From positions 1-33,894 of the forward strand of contig RBNJ01000293.1 of NCBI GenBank assembly GCA_003990765.1: 33,894 bases of DNA, read 5' to 3'. The notes under the pieces were generated by a model, which saw only the letters and a list, made by a program, of their open reading frames with translations, was not told the origin of the DNA and did not search any database. The position numbers were made by a program, and so were the translations under genes. Source of the DNA: Jimgerdemannia flammicorona (taxonomy: Eukaryota). Positions 21,349 through 33,532 of this stretch are shown here, piece after piece; the stretch's first letter is position 1; every line of letters begins with the position of its first letter.

Positions 21349-21592
21349 GTTGTAAGATTTGATAGATAATCTTCCAAGTCTCTTTTCTACAACTCATACT
21401 CTCTCTATCTCAGGTTGATTTGTTATATCTATTGCAGAGCAGTAGAAGAGAGACAATAGTGATTTATCAGTATTGAATTAGTATTTTCTTTACTTTTTTA
21501 TAGTTTCTAATACTTCTAGTTATATCTAGAGTATATTCATTTTAGTATAGTACCTTCTTTCTTTTACTATCATCAACAAGGTATCATCTCAG

Positions 21593-21912
21593 TAGTACTC
21601 CCAATAAATCAAATCAAAGGTCCAATTCAATTTGATTCAAATCAAATTGAAGGCTAATTTAATTTGAGGTCCAATTCAAACTCTATTTTTCAAAATGTAA
21701 TAACTCAATAAATATATATTTAAATTCAATAATCTTTAGCTTATTAGATTTCTCTTATATAAGAAAATCTAACAAACTAAAGATCATTAAATTTAAACAT
21801 ATATTTATCAAGTTATTATATTTCAAAAAATAGGGTTTAAATTAGACCCTTAATTTAATTCAAACTTAATTCAAATTGAAAAATTCCTAATTTAATTTGT
21901 TTGGAAGTACTA
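21593..21912. mobile_element. hAT-type foldback MITE 1 (320 bp)
   Basis: TIRs tagtactcccaa / ttggaagtacta; 8-bp TSD catctcag / tatctcaa (two transitions); internal palindrome centred ~21757. Confidence 0.85.
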
Positions 21913-22173
21913 TATCTCAATATATTATAGGTTATATAGAAAGTTAGTTGACCTTAAGTATTAAGTACTAGTATAGATTATATGTAAGTTCTTGGTATCT
22001 ATATATAGTAAAGTTCTCTAAGCTTTAGTAAACTTCTCAGTGAACATAGTTCTAACATAAGTAACTGTTTTTTAGGTAAAGTTGAGATGAGAGAGGATAT
22101 GGCTATTATAGATAAGAGAAAGAGTAATTATAGTAAACTAGTTAAGTACTAGACTAGAGATAGTTATTAGAGC

Positions 22174-22556
22174 TAGTGCTCCCAATGATTTGAATCGAAT
22201 CAAGGGTCCAATTCAATTCTAATTCAATTTGAAGTTTGATTCAAACCTTAATTTTCAAAATATAATAACTAGACAAAAACTCATCTAAATTTAACATATT
22301 TTAGCTTGTTAGATTTACCATATTAATGTGATTCCAACAAGCTAAAGTACATTAGATTTGGATGAGTTTATACTGAGTTATTACATTTTGAAAATTAGGG
22401 TTTGAATTAGCCCCTCAATTCAATTTGACTTTTGATTTGATTTGACTTTTGATTTGATTTGAATTGATTTGAATTGAAAAATCCCCAATTCGATTTGACT
22501 TGTTTAACTTTCAATTCAATTTAATTCAAATTAATTTGACTTATTTGGGAGCACTA
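22174..22556. mobile_element. hAT-type foldback MITE 2 (383 bp)
   Basis: Perfect TIRs tagtgctcccaa / ttgggagcacta; perfect 8-bp TSD attagagc (22166-22173 and 22557-22564); internal palindrome centred ~22324. Confidence 0.95.
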
Positions 22557-22902
22557 ATTAGAGCTAGAGTAGATACTATATTGGTAGGGTCTTCTGATTG
22601 GTACTAAGTAGTTAGATGATAGATATTACTCTTAGTAGCTTTTGATATACTATAGTATTACTAGGAGATTATTAAGAGATCCAAGACTATCTGAATTAGA
22701 TATCTTAACTATATTTAACTAAAACTAAGAGCTGATATAATAATATAATCAAGGTCTATAAGCTTAAATAGTAGAGTATTAGAGATCTCCTCTTATCTTA
22801 TATATAAGTTATCTACTTATCTCATTTTTTTTTTTTTATAGTCACTTGAACTCGTCCTATATTATACCCATCTATTCTATATAAATACAATAAACCCACC
22901 CC

Positions 22903-25900
22903 CTATCCAATCCCCCTAGGGGGGCCCCTCCCCCCTATCCCTTCTCGATGAAACACCACTCTATCGAATACAATTCCCACCCTCCCACTACTCTATTTGT
23001 ATATCCTTGCCACCAAACCATACCACCACCCCTCTGAGGGACCCCAACCTATCTACCATCCAGTCAACAGATCCCCCAACAGCTCCTCCCACCTTACAAC
23101 CTTCTCCTGTAGGCTCATCTGCTGCCTCTCCTTAAATACAAATAGCCAATATCCCACCAGACCCACCCAAACTGCTAACACCCACCCAACAGTGAGTCAA
23201 CTATCACCCACCCCCCCCACCAGCCGAGATCTCAAGTTCTCCCAGCAATCTCCTTCACCCACTGGCCTGTGCTCCACACCCAGTCTATTCTCTATTTCAA
23301 CCCAAAAGTCCCCCAAAACCTCACACTCCCCCAGCCAATGTTCTGACATCTGCACCAAACCCCCAACTTGCCCTACATTGTAACACTCCTCACAATCAAA
23401 ACATCCACCATCCACCAGATGCCCAGTGTGGAAATTCAGCATGATGTTCCTCTGTAGCATTCACCACTATACTATCCAGAACTTGGGGGGAAGCCACTGC
23501 TATACCTCAGCACTCCAAGACCAGATACCAGCCCAGTCCCACTCCTTACTGATTCTGACTACCTGCCAACCACTTGGCCAAAGGTCTTGGCCAAGACCCT
23601 GCTGACACTCTATTCTATCTCCAATATCAAAAGTAACAAGTGGAGCACCCCCCAGAAGCAGTCTATTTCATCACCATATATGAGGACCCCACAATACCTC
23701 CCCCTCATTGCCTTGCTAGCACAGACCAATTCTGTATACTCCATCAACCACTCTCCATCAAAAGCCCTTAAATCGCAGCCACCAAATTCCATTGAGCCCT
23801 ACCAAAGAGAGTAGATCTCCTGAGGACCCTTGGGAGGAGGTTCTCATCTCCCACACCTTCTGCATCAGAAGTACCCAACCCCCTCCCTGTAGTTCAGCCA
23901 CTCTCTTCAGCCACCAGGCTCGCAAGCAGTACAACCTCTTAGAGAAATCCACAAGACCAAGACCTCCCCTGTCCACTGGTGTCGCAAGAGTATTCCAACT
24001 GATCTGGGACCTCCTCTCTGCCCAAATCCAATCCCTAGCCACCTTCATCAGCCTCTTCACCACCCAAGCTGGGAAGTCTAGATAATATACCACATACCAT
24101 AGCTTGGGAAACCAGTATATATTCAGAATTGATACCCGCTCTGCTAGAGAGATATGGCAGCCTCCCCAATCTCGAAGGGCCTCCCCCCAAATAGCCACCC
24201 TACTCTCCCACCACACTCATGGTAAGACAGAACCATATACAGAGAGGAAGATGCCCAGATACCATACTATCTTACCAGTAGAGACAATTGTTCCAATAAT
24301 GTCCCCACCCACCAGTCCATTCCCTAGCACCATAGTCTCACACTTATGCCAGTTGAGCTTTACCTCAGAGTGAACCTCATACCATTCCACTGTCTCTTGA
24401 AGTGCCTCGACATCTACCACAGACCCAAGGCCAACCACTATATCATCTGCAAAGGCCCCCACCTTCCACACTATACCATAGATAGAGAGCCCCACTACCT
24501 TCTGGCAAATCCTATCCATTAATGGTTTCAATGAGAGAGCATAAAGAATAGGGGACAAGGGGTCCCCCTGAGGAACCCCTCTTCTCAAGGTAAACACCTG
24601 ACCATGGTGACTATTACACAACAGTGCTGCCTGACTGCCCTTAAGCAGATTCACCATAGAAGCCCGAAATCCAGGAGGAACACCAATATGGTCCAACACC
24701 TTGCCCAGCCAAACCTACCAGACCTGGTCATAGGCCTTCTCCTGATCCAAAAAGACCAACCTCCCATCCAGGCTGCAAGCCTGGGCCCCTTCAATAATAC
24801 CATGCACCCAAGCAGTCCCATCTCTAATAAGCCTACCTCCAACAAAGCCCTGCTGCTCCTCCCCCAGCACCTGTTGGGCAACCTTCTGCAGTCTTGCGAC
24901 AACCACCTTAGTTACCATCTTCCTGTCTATGTCCAAAAGCATGATTGGCTGCCAGTTCTTCCAGTCTTCTCTCCTCCCCTTGTCTTTGTACAATAAAACC
25001 ACTAGCCCAAGGTCCTGCTCTCCAACCCATTCACCACTCTAAAGAATATGATTATAGAGAGCAGTTATCTCCCCCAGAATGCTGGAGACCTTGACCATCT
25101 TCTTCCAGAAGTCCCATGGTAGTCTATCCTCCCCTGGTACTGTTCCAGTTTTAGTTGCTGCAAGGACACTCTGGACTTCCTCACCTCGCACTGGCAAGGC
25201 CAAGTCATCCAGTCCAGCCACTTGCAGCGGCCTCCATTCTCCTAATGCATCTTCAATAGTCACCTCATCAGTACCCCCTTCATCCTCACTCCACAAACCC
25301 TACCATCTCTCTTTCAAAACCCCTAGGATTTGTTGCATGCCATGTACTATGTCTCCATCAGCATTGAGAACTCCATCCCACCAATGTCTCACCCTCCTAG
25401 CATTGAGCAGATGGGATAAATATCTAGTAGGCTGCTCACCCTCCTCAAGCTCCTACCACTATAGCCTAGCAGCCATACCTCGTATATGCACCTCCTCCTC
25501 TTCTCTCAGAACCTGTTGCAGTTCTAATATCTCCAATTTAATCTGTACTAACCTCTAATCCTCCACCCCATCAGAAGTAAGCAAACCTACCCAATCCATT
25601 TGCAATCTCCTCAGCCTGCTGGAAGTATACCTTGTGTGCTTCCTCCTTCATCTCCCAGCTTCTCTCCCAGTCTCTCTCCAATAGACCCTCGCAGCCTCTT
25701 TCAATCTCATCTACTGGACACCCACTGACAAACCCTCACACCTCTAGTAAGAAACTTTCACCTGAATGTCCTCTACCCACAAATCCCACAACCCCTTCTC
25801 AGGTAGTAGGGAGGAGTTGAGGCACCAATGTCCGGGTCTATCTCTACTCTCCCCAAACTGCCCCTGTCCCAATAGTCCCCAGTAATCAGACTATGGGCAC

Positions 25901-26562
25901 CATTCTACCTCCAATACCTTCTAGACATCAGACCCCCAGCATTCCATCATCAGAATCCAGTCAATCCTTATACCCAAGCCATTCACCCAATGCATATAGA
26001 TCCTGGAGTTGCTCCATTGTGTTCTACCCATATCCCCTAAGGAGCTCAGCCTCTCTACCTTCTCCCATACATCCAGGCCTCCACTTCTCCCTCCTGCACT
26101 CCTCCCACCATCAGTGTGGTCCAGACACTGATCCCGAACCATATTAAAGTCTCCCCCAATCATATCGACCCCTTCTGCCAAGAGAACATCCTCCTCCAGC
26201 AGCTCCTCAATCCAAGCAATCCTCTCACCTCTAATCGCAGGGCAGTAGTAAGAGCCAACCCTCACCGACTCCCACCCTGGCCACTGCCAATCTCCTCAGA
26301 CCAAATGGTCACCCCAGCTTCTGATTCCCTTCAAGTCACCTCTATCCTTCCTCATCAGAATTACCACTTTTCCAAACCAAGCAGTAGTCCTGCCCCATTC
26401 CTTAGTCCACTTCACCTGATTATCCTCATCCTCATACTGAACATCCTGTAGTAAAAAGAGATCAGCCTCCAATCCCTTGAGCCAAGTAAAAATGTTCTTA
26501 CACTATCCAGACCCCCTCAGCCCATTCACATTCAAAGAGAAAATATTAGTTATACTGTTCAT
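22903..26562 (-). pseudogene. LINE C ORF2 (~1220 codons): APE endonuclease, RT, C-terminal Cys/His region
   Basis: MNSITNIFSLNVNGLRG, GGDFN, RIDWI, KNWQPIMLLDIDRK, DQEKAYD, GVPQGDPLSPILY, AFADD, CFDC..HWLGEC. Confidence 0.95.
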
Positions 26563-26593
26563 AAGGAATAATGCTAAAAAGTGATCCCATCCT

Positions 26594-28633
26594 CTATAAG
26601 TCCACATTCAGCTCCTCCTGCACCAAGTCCAATTCACATTCAGCAGCTAGTTCCCTTTCCCCAGCTTCCCATACCTCCAATTCTCCCAGAAGTTCTACTA
26701 TTGCCTCATCTTCCCTCTCCTCAAATTCCTCTCGATACTCCAGACAGGCCTCCCTCCAGAGCTGCAAACCATGCCACTCAGCCCAGCAGTATGTTGCCTG
26801 CTCACTTGCAGCCACCACCAGCTCTGCCTTCCTCACCTCATTGACCTCATATCTCTCCTCCTTTAAGAGGATCACAAGAATCTCCCCCCTCAGTGCCTCC
26901 ACTACTCCCTCACCATGCAGAATCTGCTCCCAGTATCCCTCAGGCATAACCCACAGGTCCACTTCTTCCAATGTATCAGCCACAAGGTTATCCATCACCT
27001 TGCTCATCCACAGCAAGTTTTCTACCTCCTTCCCTCCAGGAGTCCCTGGCTGTCCCGCATCCAACATCATGGTATCAGCACCCATACTGGCAGCCTCATC
27101 CCACTTCTCCTCAGGGACATCCACCAGCTCATCCTCATCAGCTGCCACCACCTGGCTCCCTTTTGCCACATCAGGGATCCCAAAACATACTCGCTGGGCC
27201 CCCTTCATTAGCATATCCTCTGATGTCCTTCTCTTTACAGCCAGGCCCCTCCTGATCAGAGGGGGGGGGGTGGAGTTCAATTCTGGCTCCCAGACCTCAA
27301 AGGTGCCATTGGCAAAAGAGTCCTTGCTCAGTACCTTCCCATCTCCTTCCTTGCCTACCTCCACCTCCCCTATCCCTTTACTAGTCCAGACACTGGCCTC
27401 AACACCCCCAGACACCTCAGCCCCAACTGCCTTCTTCTTTGCCTTAACTGTCATACTTGCCAGTAACTCCCTCTGCCTCCTGCACCCCTGCACCCGCTCC
27501 CACTGCCCCTTATCCATGTGAATATGCTTCCCCTCCATAACCTCCAGATGTGTCAACTCCTCATATATCTTCCAGGCCCTTGCCCTCCTCTCCACAGCTC
27601 CACTCATCTCCTCCAGCACCTCTAACAAGTCCTCCTCCTTCTCCTCACTCCTCTTCACCCTTGATACCTTACAGATGAATGTCCTCCACATCAGCACAGA
27701 AGGCCAGTTACTTGCCTTCCCCATGACCTCTTTTCCTGCCAGCCAAATCTTAACATCAATGTTACTTGTCCTGATTGTCGTCCCCTCCCACACCTGAAAG
27801 CCAATATCCACCACATTACTATACTCAATCATCACCTCCTCCACCCTCTTCCTAGTCTCCTCCTTGGTCACCATGAGCACCCCCTTCACCAGAAGCTATA
27901 CCACTCTGGAGTCCCATCGCAAGCACTGCACTATAGGGACCACCACCTCCCCAACTATGACTCCAGTCTTCAGTACCTCATCTAGTGGACTGGCCTCCTC
28001 AAAGCCCACCTCAACTCCCTCCAGACCCTTCAAGAACTTCACTGAGGCCACCCCAGCCACCTGCTTCGAGATAAGCCCCAGAACCATCCTTGCCATCACT
28101 GCCAAGCCCCAGAAGCACAAGGTCACTGCAAACTCCGAGATCAACTTCTTGAGCAACAGGGTCACCACCAGCCCCATTATACTATCCACTAGGTCCCCCT
28201 TCCACATCGGGAACCCCTGTCCCCCCTGGCCATTAGCCATCACATCTTCTTTTTTTTCCTGATTCTCTATCACACTCCCATCAACAGTCACACCCCCAGC
28301 CACAGCACCTCCAGCCCCTACACCTACACTCCCAGCTAGAGCACTGCCCCCTCTCTTAAGGCTTATCTTGCCCTTCCCCTCAATAGCACTAGCCCTATTA
28401 CCAGCCGGCCACCCACTCTTCTTAACCTTGTCTGTGAAGCTTGAGAGACCAGATCTTCCCTCATTGCCACCTGACACCAGTCCCCCTCTAGAGCCTTCTC
28501 CATTCTTCGGTCCTCTGAAGGCTCCCATCCCTAGACCATAACCCCTTCCCACCTGCTGCCAGTTGAAGGCCCTAGATCCATTCAACCTAGTATGCACACC
28601 TGTATGGTCATTGCTCTCTATGTTGCTAGTCAT
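26594..28633 (-). pseudogene. LINE C ORF1 (~680 codons, one internal TAG at 27896)
   Basis: ORFs 27896-28633 and 26594-27889 are in the same frame, lie upstream of ORF2 and are homologous to LINE B ORF1. Confidence 0.88.
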
Positions 28634-28723
28634 CTTTTACCAAAAAACATTATTGAAAGTATTGTCTGAGTCTTGTGTCACCTGAATGTTACTGGTAAAA
28701 GGTGCTTGTCTACTTATCTCATT

Positions 28724-30694
28724 GAGAAAAACTAGATTCTACCCACTGTTCTATATTTTTTTAAAGAGTTTTTTCTTTGCCTATTACTTTATTTAAAGTA
28801 GTAAGAGCTATTTTATTTAGTTTAGATATAGTCTTATATATATTGAAGTTTTAGATATATATATATCTTTAGTTATTGGTATATAGTTACTTTGTCTCTA
28901 ATAGTAGAGAGAGTATAGTATATAAAATGAGATGTAGACTTATTACTCTATTATATCTGATATAGTTGAACTACTAGATAATAGTTAGTCTAGATTTAAT
29001 AGAGATATAATACTTGAGAGAGAAAGTGGAGAAGGCTTTTGGTCTATATAGTTTAGGTTTTCTTCTAATAAAAAATCTATAAGATATAGAGTCTGTTAAA
29101 AATATATATATATATATAATATTATAGATTTGTATTATTAGTAAAATTATATGCTATAATATTAGTAGCATACTAGTTTAGTATATAATCTCACTAATAT
29201 TACTATAATTATACTTTAAAAATATATCAATAGTATTTGTAATATTATAGATTAAATTAGTCTATAATCTTATTAATATTATAAAAACTAAAGTATATTA
29301 AAATTAGCTACTGATATTATTAATCTCTCTAATATTATAAACTAGTAAAATCTATAGAATTAGTAATATATATATTATGCTAAATTAGATTATAATAAAT
29401 AATAATATTATAATTATTATAATAGTATATCTTTACTATTATAATAATTATACTCTTTAAGTTAATAATTCTTATAATTAATAACTTAAAGGTACTTATA
29501 TCAGATGTCTGTAGTTTAAGAAAGCAGCTATCTTAATTTCTAAGTACTGTCTATTATACTTTTAATTAATCTAGTCTCTTTCTAGTAGACTTAGATAATA
29601 ATTTAGTAATTATAGACTTTAATTCTACAAAGTCTAAGTCCTTTAGTATATCTTTTTAGATATAGTCTAGTTCTGAGAATTATATTTAAATTCTTTAGAG
29701 TTTAAGTATTTATAGAGTTCAGAATATCTAATTTTAGATATATATACATAGTTTTTTTATTGAGAATTATTCTGAAACTTATTTATATATTATAAACTTA
29801 AGTCTTAATTGTTCTTTTATTCTATAATCTGTAAATTCTGAAAGTTCTTGAGTCTTCTCTAGAGGTATTTATATATTTTGAAGGTCTCTTAACATTGACT
29901 AACTATTGGCTAAAAGATATAAGATAAAAAGTTACTAGAAATAATATAAAAGTTACACTATAATAATATTATTATAAAGTCATAATGATGCTATTTAATG
30001 ATATTATTTTCACAAACTAAGTATAAAGTCATTATTCTAGATTTTAACTGAGACTTATAATGTAGTATCTTATTATATTATATAGTAGTAATAGACTTCT
30101 GTATAAGGAGTTAAAGGCTCTTTATCTGTCTTTATACTAGATGAGAAACAGGTTAGCTCTTTTGAGCTAGTTTCTAACCTTATGATCTCAGATAATATAG
30201 AAGATCAGTTAGAGACTAGTCTGACATTAGAGAAGATAAGGTAGCTAGGTGGCTAGACACTGATAGACATGGAGACTTATATAATTAATTCTTAAAAGAG
30301 ACTAATAATAGAGTTAAATATCTTATTCTCATAAGGCCAAGTATCATCATTATAGTAGTCTCGAAAGTTAAAGTCATTTATAAGATCTAACTCTACTTAT
30401 ATTATATAGGTATTATTGAGGCTACTAATTTCAACAAGAGCTATCTTTTGTATGTCACTAATGGTAAAAAGCATTTTTCTGAACAATTAGTAGATATAGA
30501 GTAAAATATATTATCTAAATATAGAGATATTATATTTGTCTAGTATCTCTAAAGTATTCATACTACTTCTAATAATAAGTCTACTTGCTTAATAGTTTCT
30601 TAATATCATGAAATATCTAGTGATCTATTATATTCTAAATATACATAACTTTATCAGTAGTTTGTAGATACTACTCAAGATTATAGATATCTAT
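28724..30694. other. Extremely AT/TpA-rich decayed relic of unidentified origin; continues the AT-rich host sequence at 21349-22811
   Basis: No ORFs in the track, almost no CpG, abundant TA/TAG/CTA. The LINE C TSD joins it to the left AT-rich block. Confidence 0.7.
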
Positions 30695-31159
30695 TATGAC
30701 AGTATAGCCAGATTCAGAAGAAGGAAATAGGGAACAGATACTTGATTGCACTTAGTCCCAAAGTAGTATAGCCACATAGTTAGCAGTCCTCGATTTTGCC
30801 ACTTGCTAAATATTTCGCAAAGTGTGAGATCAAGCTTCTTGATATAGTATAGCATTTTGCAACTGGCAAAATATTTTGCAAAGTGTTAAATGACTCATAA
30901 CTTAGCCATGTAACCCAGTAACCATCTTATAGCTAGCAAACTTGTATAAATAACCTAGTATCTTCAGTGAATAAACCTCAGATCAAAATAGTTCAAAGCA
31001 AAGAGATAGCAAAGGAACTAGTAAGCCTATGGGCAGATACACTTTGAACTCACCCACTCTCTCCTGCAACTCAAAGGACTCTGAGGAGTCAGAGAAGATC
31101 AAGTTTTCAAGATACAGAAATCTGACGTACTTTCAAGAGTAAACATCCACTACATTACA
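30695..31159 (+). repeat. Putative 5' LTR (~465 bp) of element 2
   Basis: Ends tatgac...attaca are consistent with decayed TGTGAC...GTCACA. TATAAATA ~30946, AATAAA ~30970; followed by ACT-T(G>A)GTGCC, PBS-like. Partner LTR not in the window. Confidence 0.55.
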
Positions 31160-31279
31160 ACTTAGTGCCTATTGGCTGGTGATTCAAGACGAATCTCTCA
31201 CTTTTAAGCTGAACAATGAATAACTACCCCTACCCAAACAACCATACAAACTGAGCTCTAATATCCAGACAAGATGGAT

Positions 31280-33000
31280 ATGAGACTACCAGTATTCCAT
31301 GGATATACCTCAGATGAATCAATCATCACCTTCATTGACGATTTCAAGCAGTATGTCACTGTAAGGACCCTGACAGTAGTACAGCAAGTAGCCCTCATGC
31401 TCTTCAGCCTATGAGGTCCTGCCAGAGCAGTATTCACAGCCACAACCTATGCAGGAAATGATACCGATGCTATACTGACAGTACAGAAAACCTGGCTCTG
31501 AAATTCATATTATATAGATAAGATCAAGCAAGCCCTGAAGGATCAGCTCAATACAATATACCAAGGAATGAGCAAGAATCCAAACATATTCTATACCAGA
31601 ATTTGATATCAGATAATCCTTGCAGATTATGCTGCTGCTATCTGAGATCAAGTAGCCAAAGCAACCTTCATGAAAGGAGTCCATCCAGAAATAGTTATGG
31701 CCATCCGCTCATCACCAGTGATTCTGGATCTACCACAAAAGGTCACCTATACTCAGCGATACTGGATAGCCAGACACCCACAAGACCATATAATGGAGAG
31801 AGTTACAGGAGTCAGAATTGAGGTACCTAAGTCAACCAGTGTGATCCCTATCACAATGATCAATCAAAACATACCTCAGCCCAAAGCTACAGAGTAGCAA
31901 AAGAACAGTGACCTTTGGAGGAACTTATCAAGAGGTTCACAGAAATGACTGCCCACTTGGAGGATGTAGTAAAGGAGATCAGAGAGAGAGACCACTGCTC
32001 TGTCCAGAAGTTTGCTGCAACCTTAGACAAGAAGAAAGGTACCTGCTATACTTGCAGAGAAGAAGGCCACTACTTCTATGAATGCATAAGTGAAACCAAG
32101 TGTAAGGCTCAACCAAGCAATGCTATATGAAACAAGGAGTAGGCCAATACAATTACCTTTGAGGAAATTGGAGATTCTGATGAAGAAGAATGGGAGGCCT
32201 ATCCTGCTCAGACTACTAAGAAGGATGTTCGCAAGGAATCCTATAAGAGACCACCAGGAAGATCCAAGAAGAACCCAGTAGAAAAGTAGATAAAAATGAC
32301 TACTGAAAGCCAAGCTAAAGAGATGGACCAAGATATAGAGCTGGAACAAGCAGTTCAAGATATTATCCAAGGAACTATCCCAGCCAGTGAAGGAGAAAAA
32401 GAAAAGAAACTTTGCAAGACCAAGACTTTCAAGTATGATATCTTCAAGGACCTTAACCAACAAAAGGTCAATACAACCTTTGGTCAGCTTACAGAAATCC
32501 CAACATTCAGATAACAAATGAGGTTTGGACTTACCAAAACAACCAAGGAGCAAGGATGGAAGATAACCAAGGCCAATAATGTTCAAGAGGACTCAGGAGA
32601 AGAAAGTGAAGACAATCGCAAAATCTCTACCTATGCTACCTGCCAGATCAAGGACCAAGTCTTTGAAGCCATCATCAATACAAGAGCAGGAGGATGTCTT
32701 ATCACTAAGAAAGCAGTAGACCACCTAGGCTGAGAGATAGAAGAAGCCACCAAATTGGTATTTGTTATAGCTGATGGAATATGAGCAATACCTCTGGGAA
32801 AGATCTGAAATATACCCATCAAGTTTGGAGAAGTCACCATCCTGGTAAATGTCATCGTCATCAATGTAATCAACTATGATATCCTCATTGGCAATCAATG
32901 GCTTCACAAAGCCAAGGCAATGATTGATCTCAGTACACAGAAGATGTAAATCATCTATCAGGGAAAGAAGATCAGAATTCCCATCAATGTCCACAAAGGA
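31280..33000 (+). pseudogene. gag: gag (capsid, CCHC knuckle) and aspartic protease of element 2
   Basis: MRLPVFHG..FIDDF, FMKGVHPE, CYTCREEGHYFYEC (32044-32085), FEAII(N<D)T(R<G)AG (~32660-32690), ILIGNQWL. Confidence 0.88.
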
Positions 33001-33282
33001 GTTTGCCTGGAAATAGAGGAAGAGCAAGAAGAAGAAGCCTACATGGTTACCATGAGATAAGCAGTGGACAGAGGAAGAATAGTACAAAAGGATTACAGAC
33101 AGATATGCCTCACTAGGAAGGTACCCCCATGGTGAAAGAATGTACTACACCCAGTACTTGGATCACTGCTACTCCTGCATCATTGAAGTGAAAAAGATCT
33201 CCAATAAGCCAAAGAAGAACCAGGAGGAACCAGAAGATGGATCACTAGAGCTATTGAATAACAGCAATGATGAAGAAGACAT

Positions 33283-33532
33283 CACAGTCAAGATATGAAA
33301 GATCTACCCTGATGTAGTCTTGCTATAGTACAAATCAGAGAATGCAGCAGGAATGGACCTATCTACCACAACACATACAATCCTCGAACCACAAATCACT
33401 ACTATGCTGGGAACAGGAATCAAAGTAACCATCTCACCAAATCATGTTAGAATCCTCAAGACAAGGAGCAGCTTGGCGAAAAGTGAAATATCTATAGAAG
33501 GAGGAGTCATTGATTCAGACTATACAGGAGAT
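33283..33532 (+). pseudogene. dut: dUTPase domain of element 2, downstream of the protease, truncated after motif 3
   Basis: AAGMDL, GTGI, TRSSLA, GGVIDSDYTG. Confidence 0.9.

Larger units (their letters stand above)
22825..28705 (-). mobile_element. Full-length L1/Tx1-like LINE copy C (~5.9 kb) with poly(A) tail and TSD
   Basis: T13 at 22825-22837; TSD tctacttatctcatt at 22812-22826 and 28709-28723; ORF1 and ORF2 present. Confidence 0.96.
30695..33532 (+). mobile_element. Second LTR retrotransposon (probably Ty3/Gypsy), 5' part: LTR-PBS-gag-PR-dUTPase; interrupted by LINE D
   Basis: Gag, CCHC knuckle, protease and dUTPase motifs downstream of an LTR-like block. RT and IN lie outside the window, so the superfamily is inferred. 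Confidence 0.85.

Noticed and set aside
21349..21356. GTTGTAAG as the start of another copy of the Gypsy LTR
   Set aside because: Similarity stops after 8 bp; better explained as the flank/TSD of the hAT terminus.
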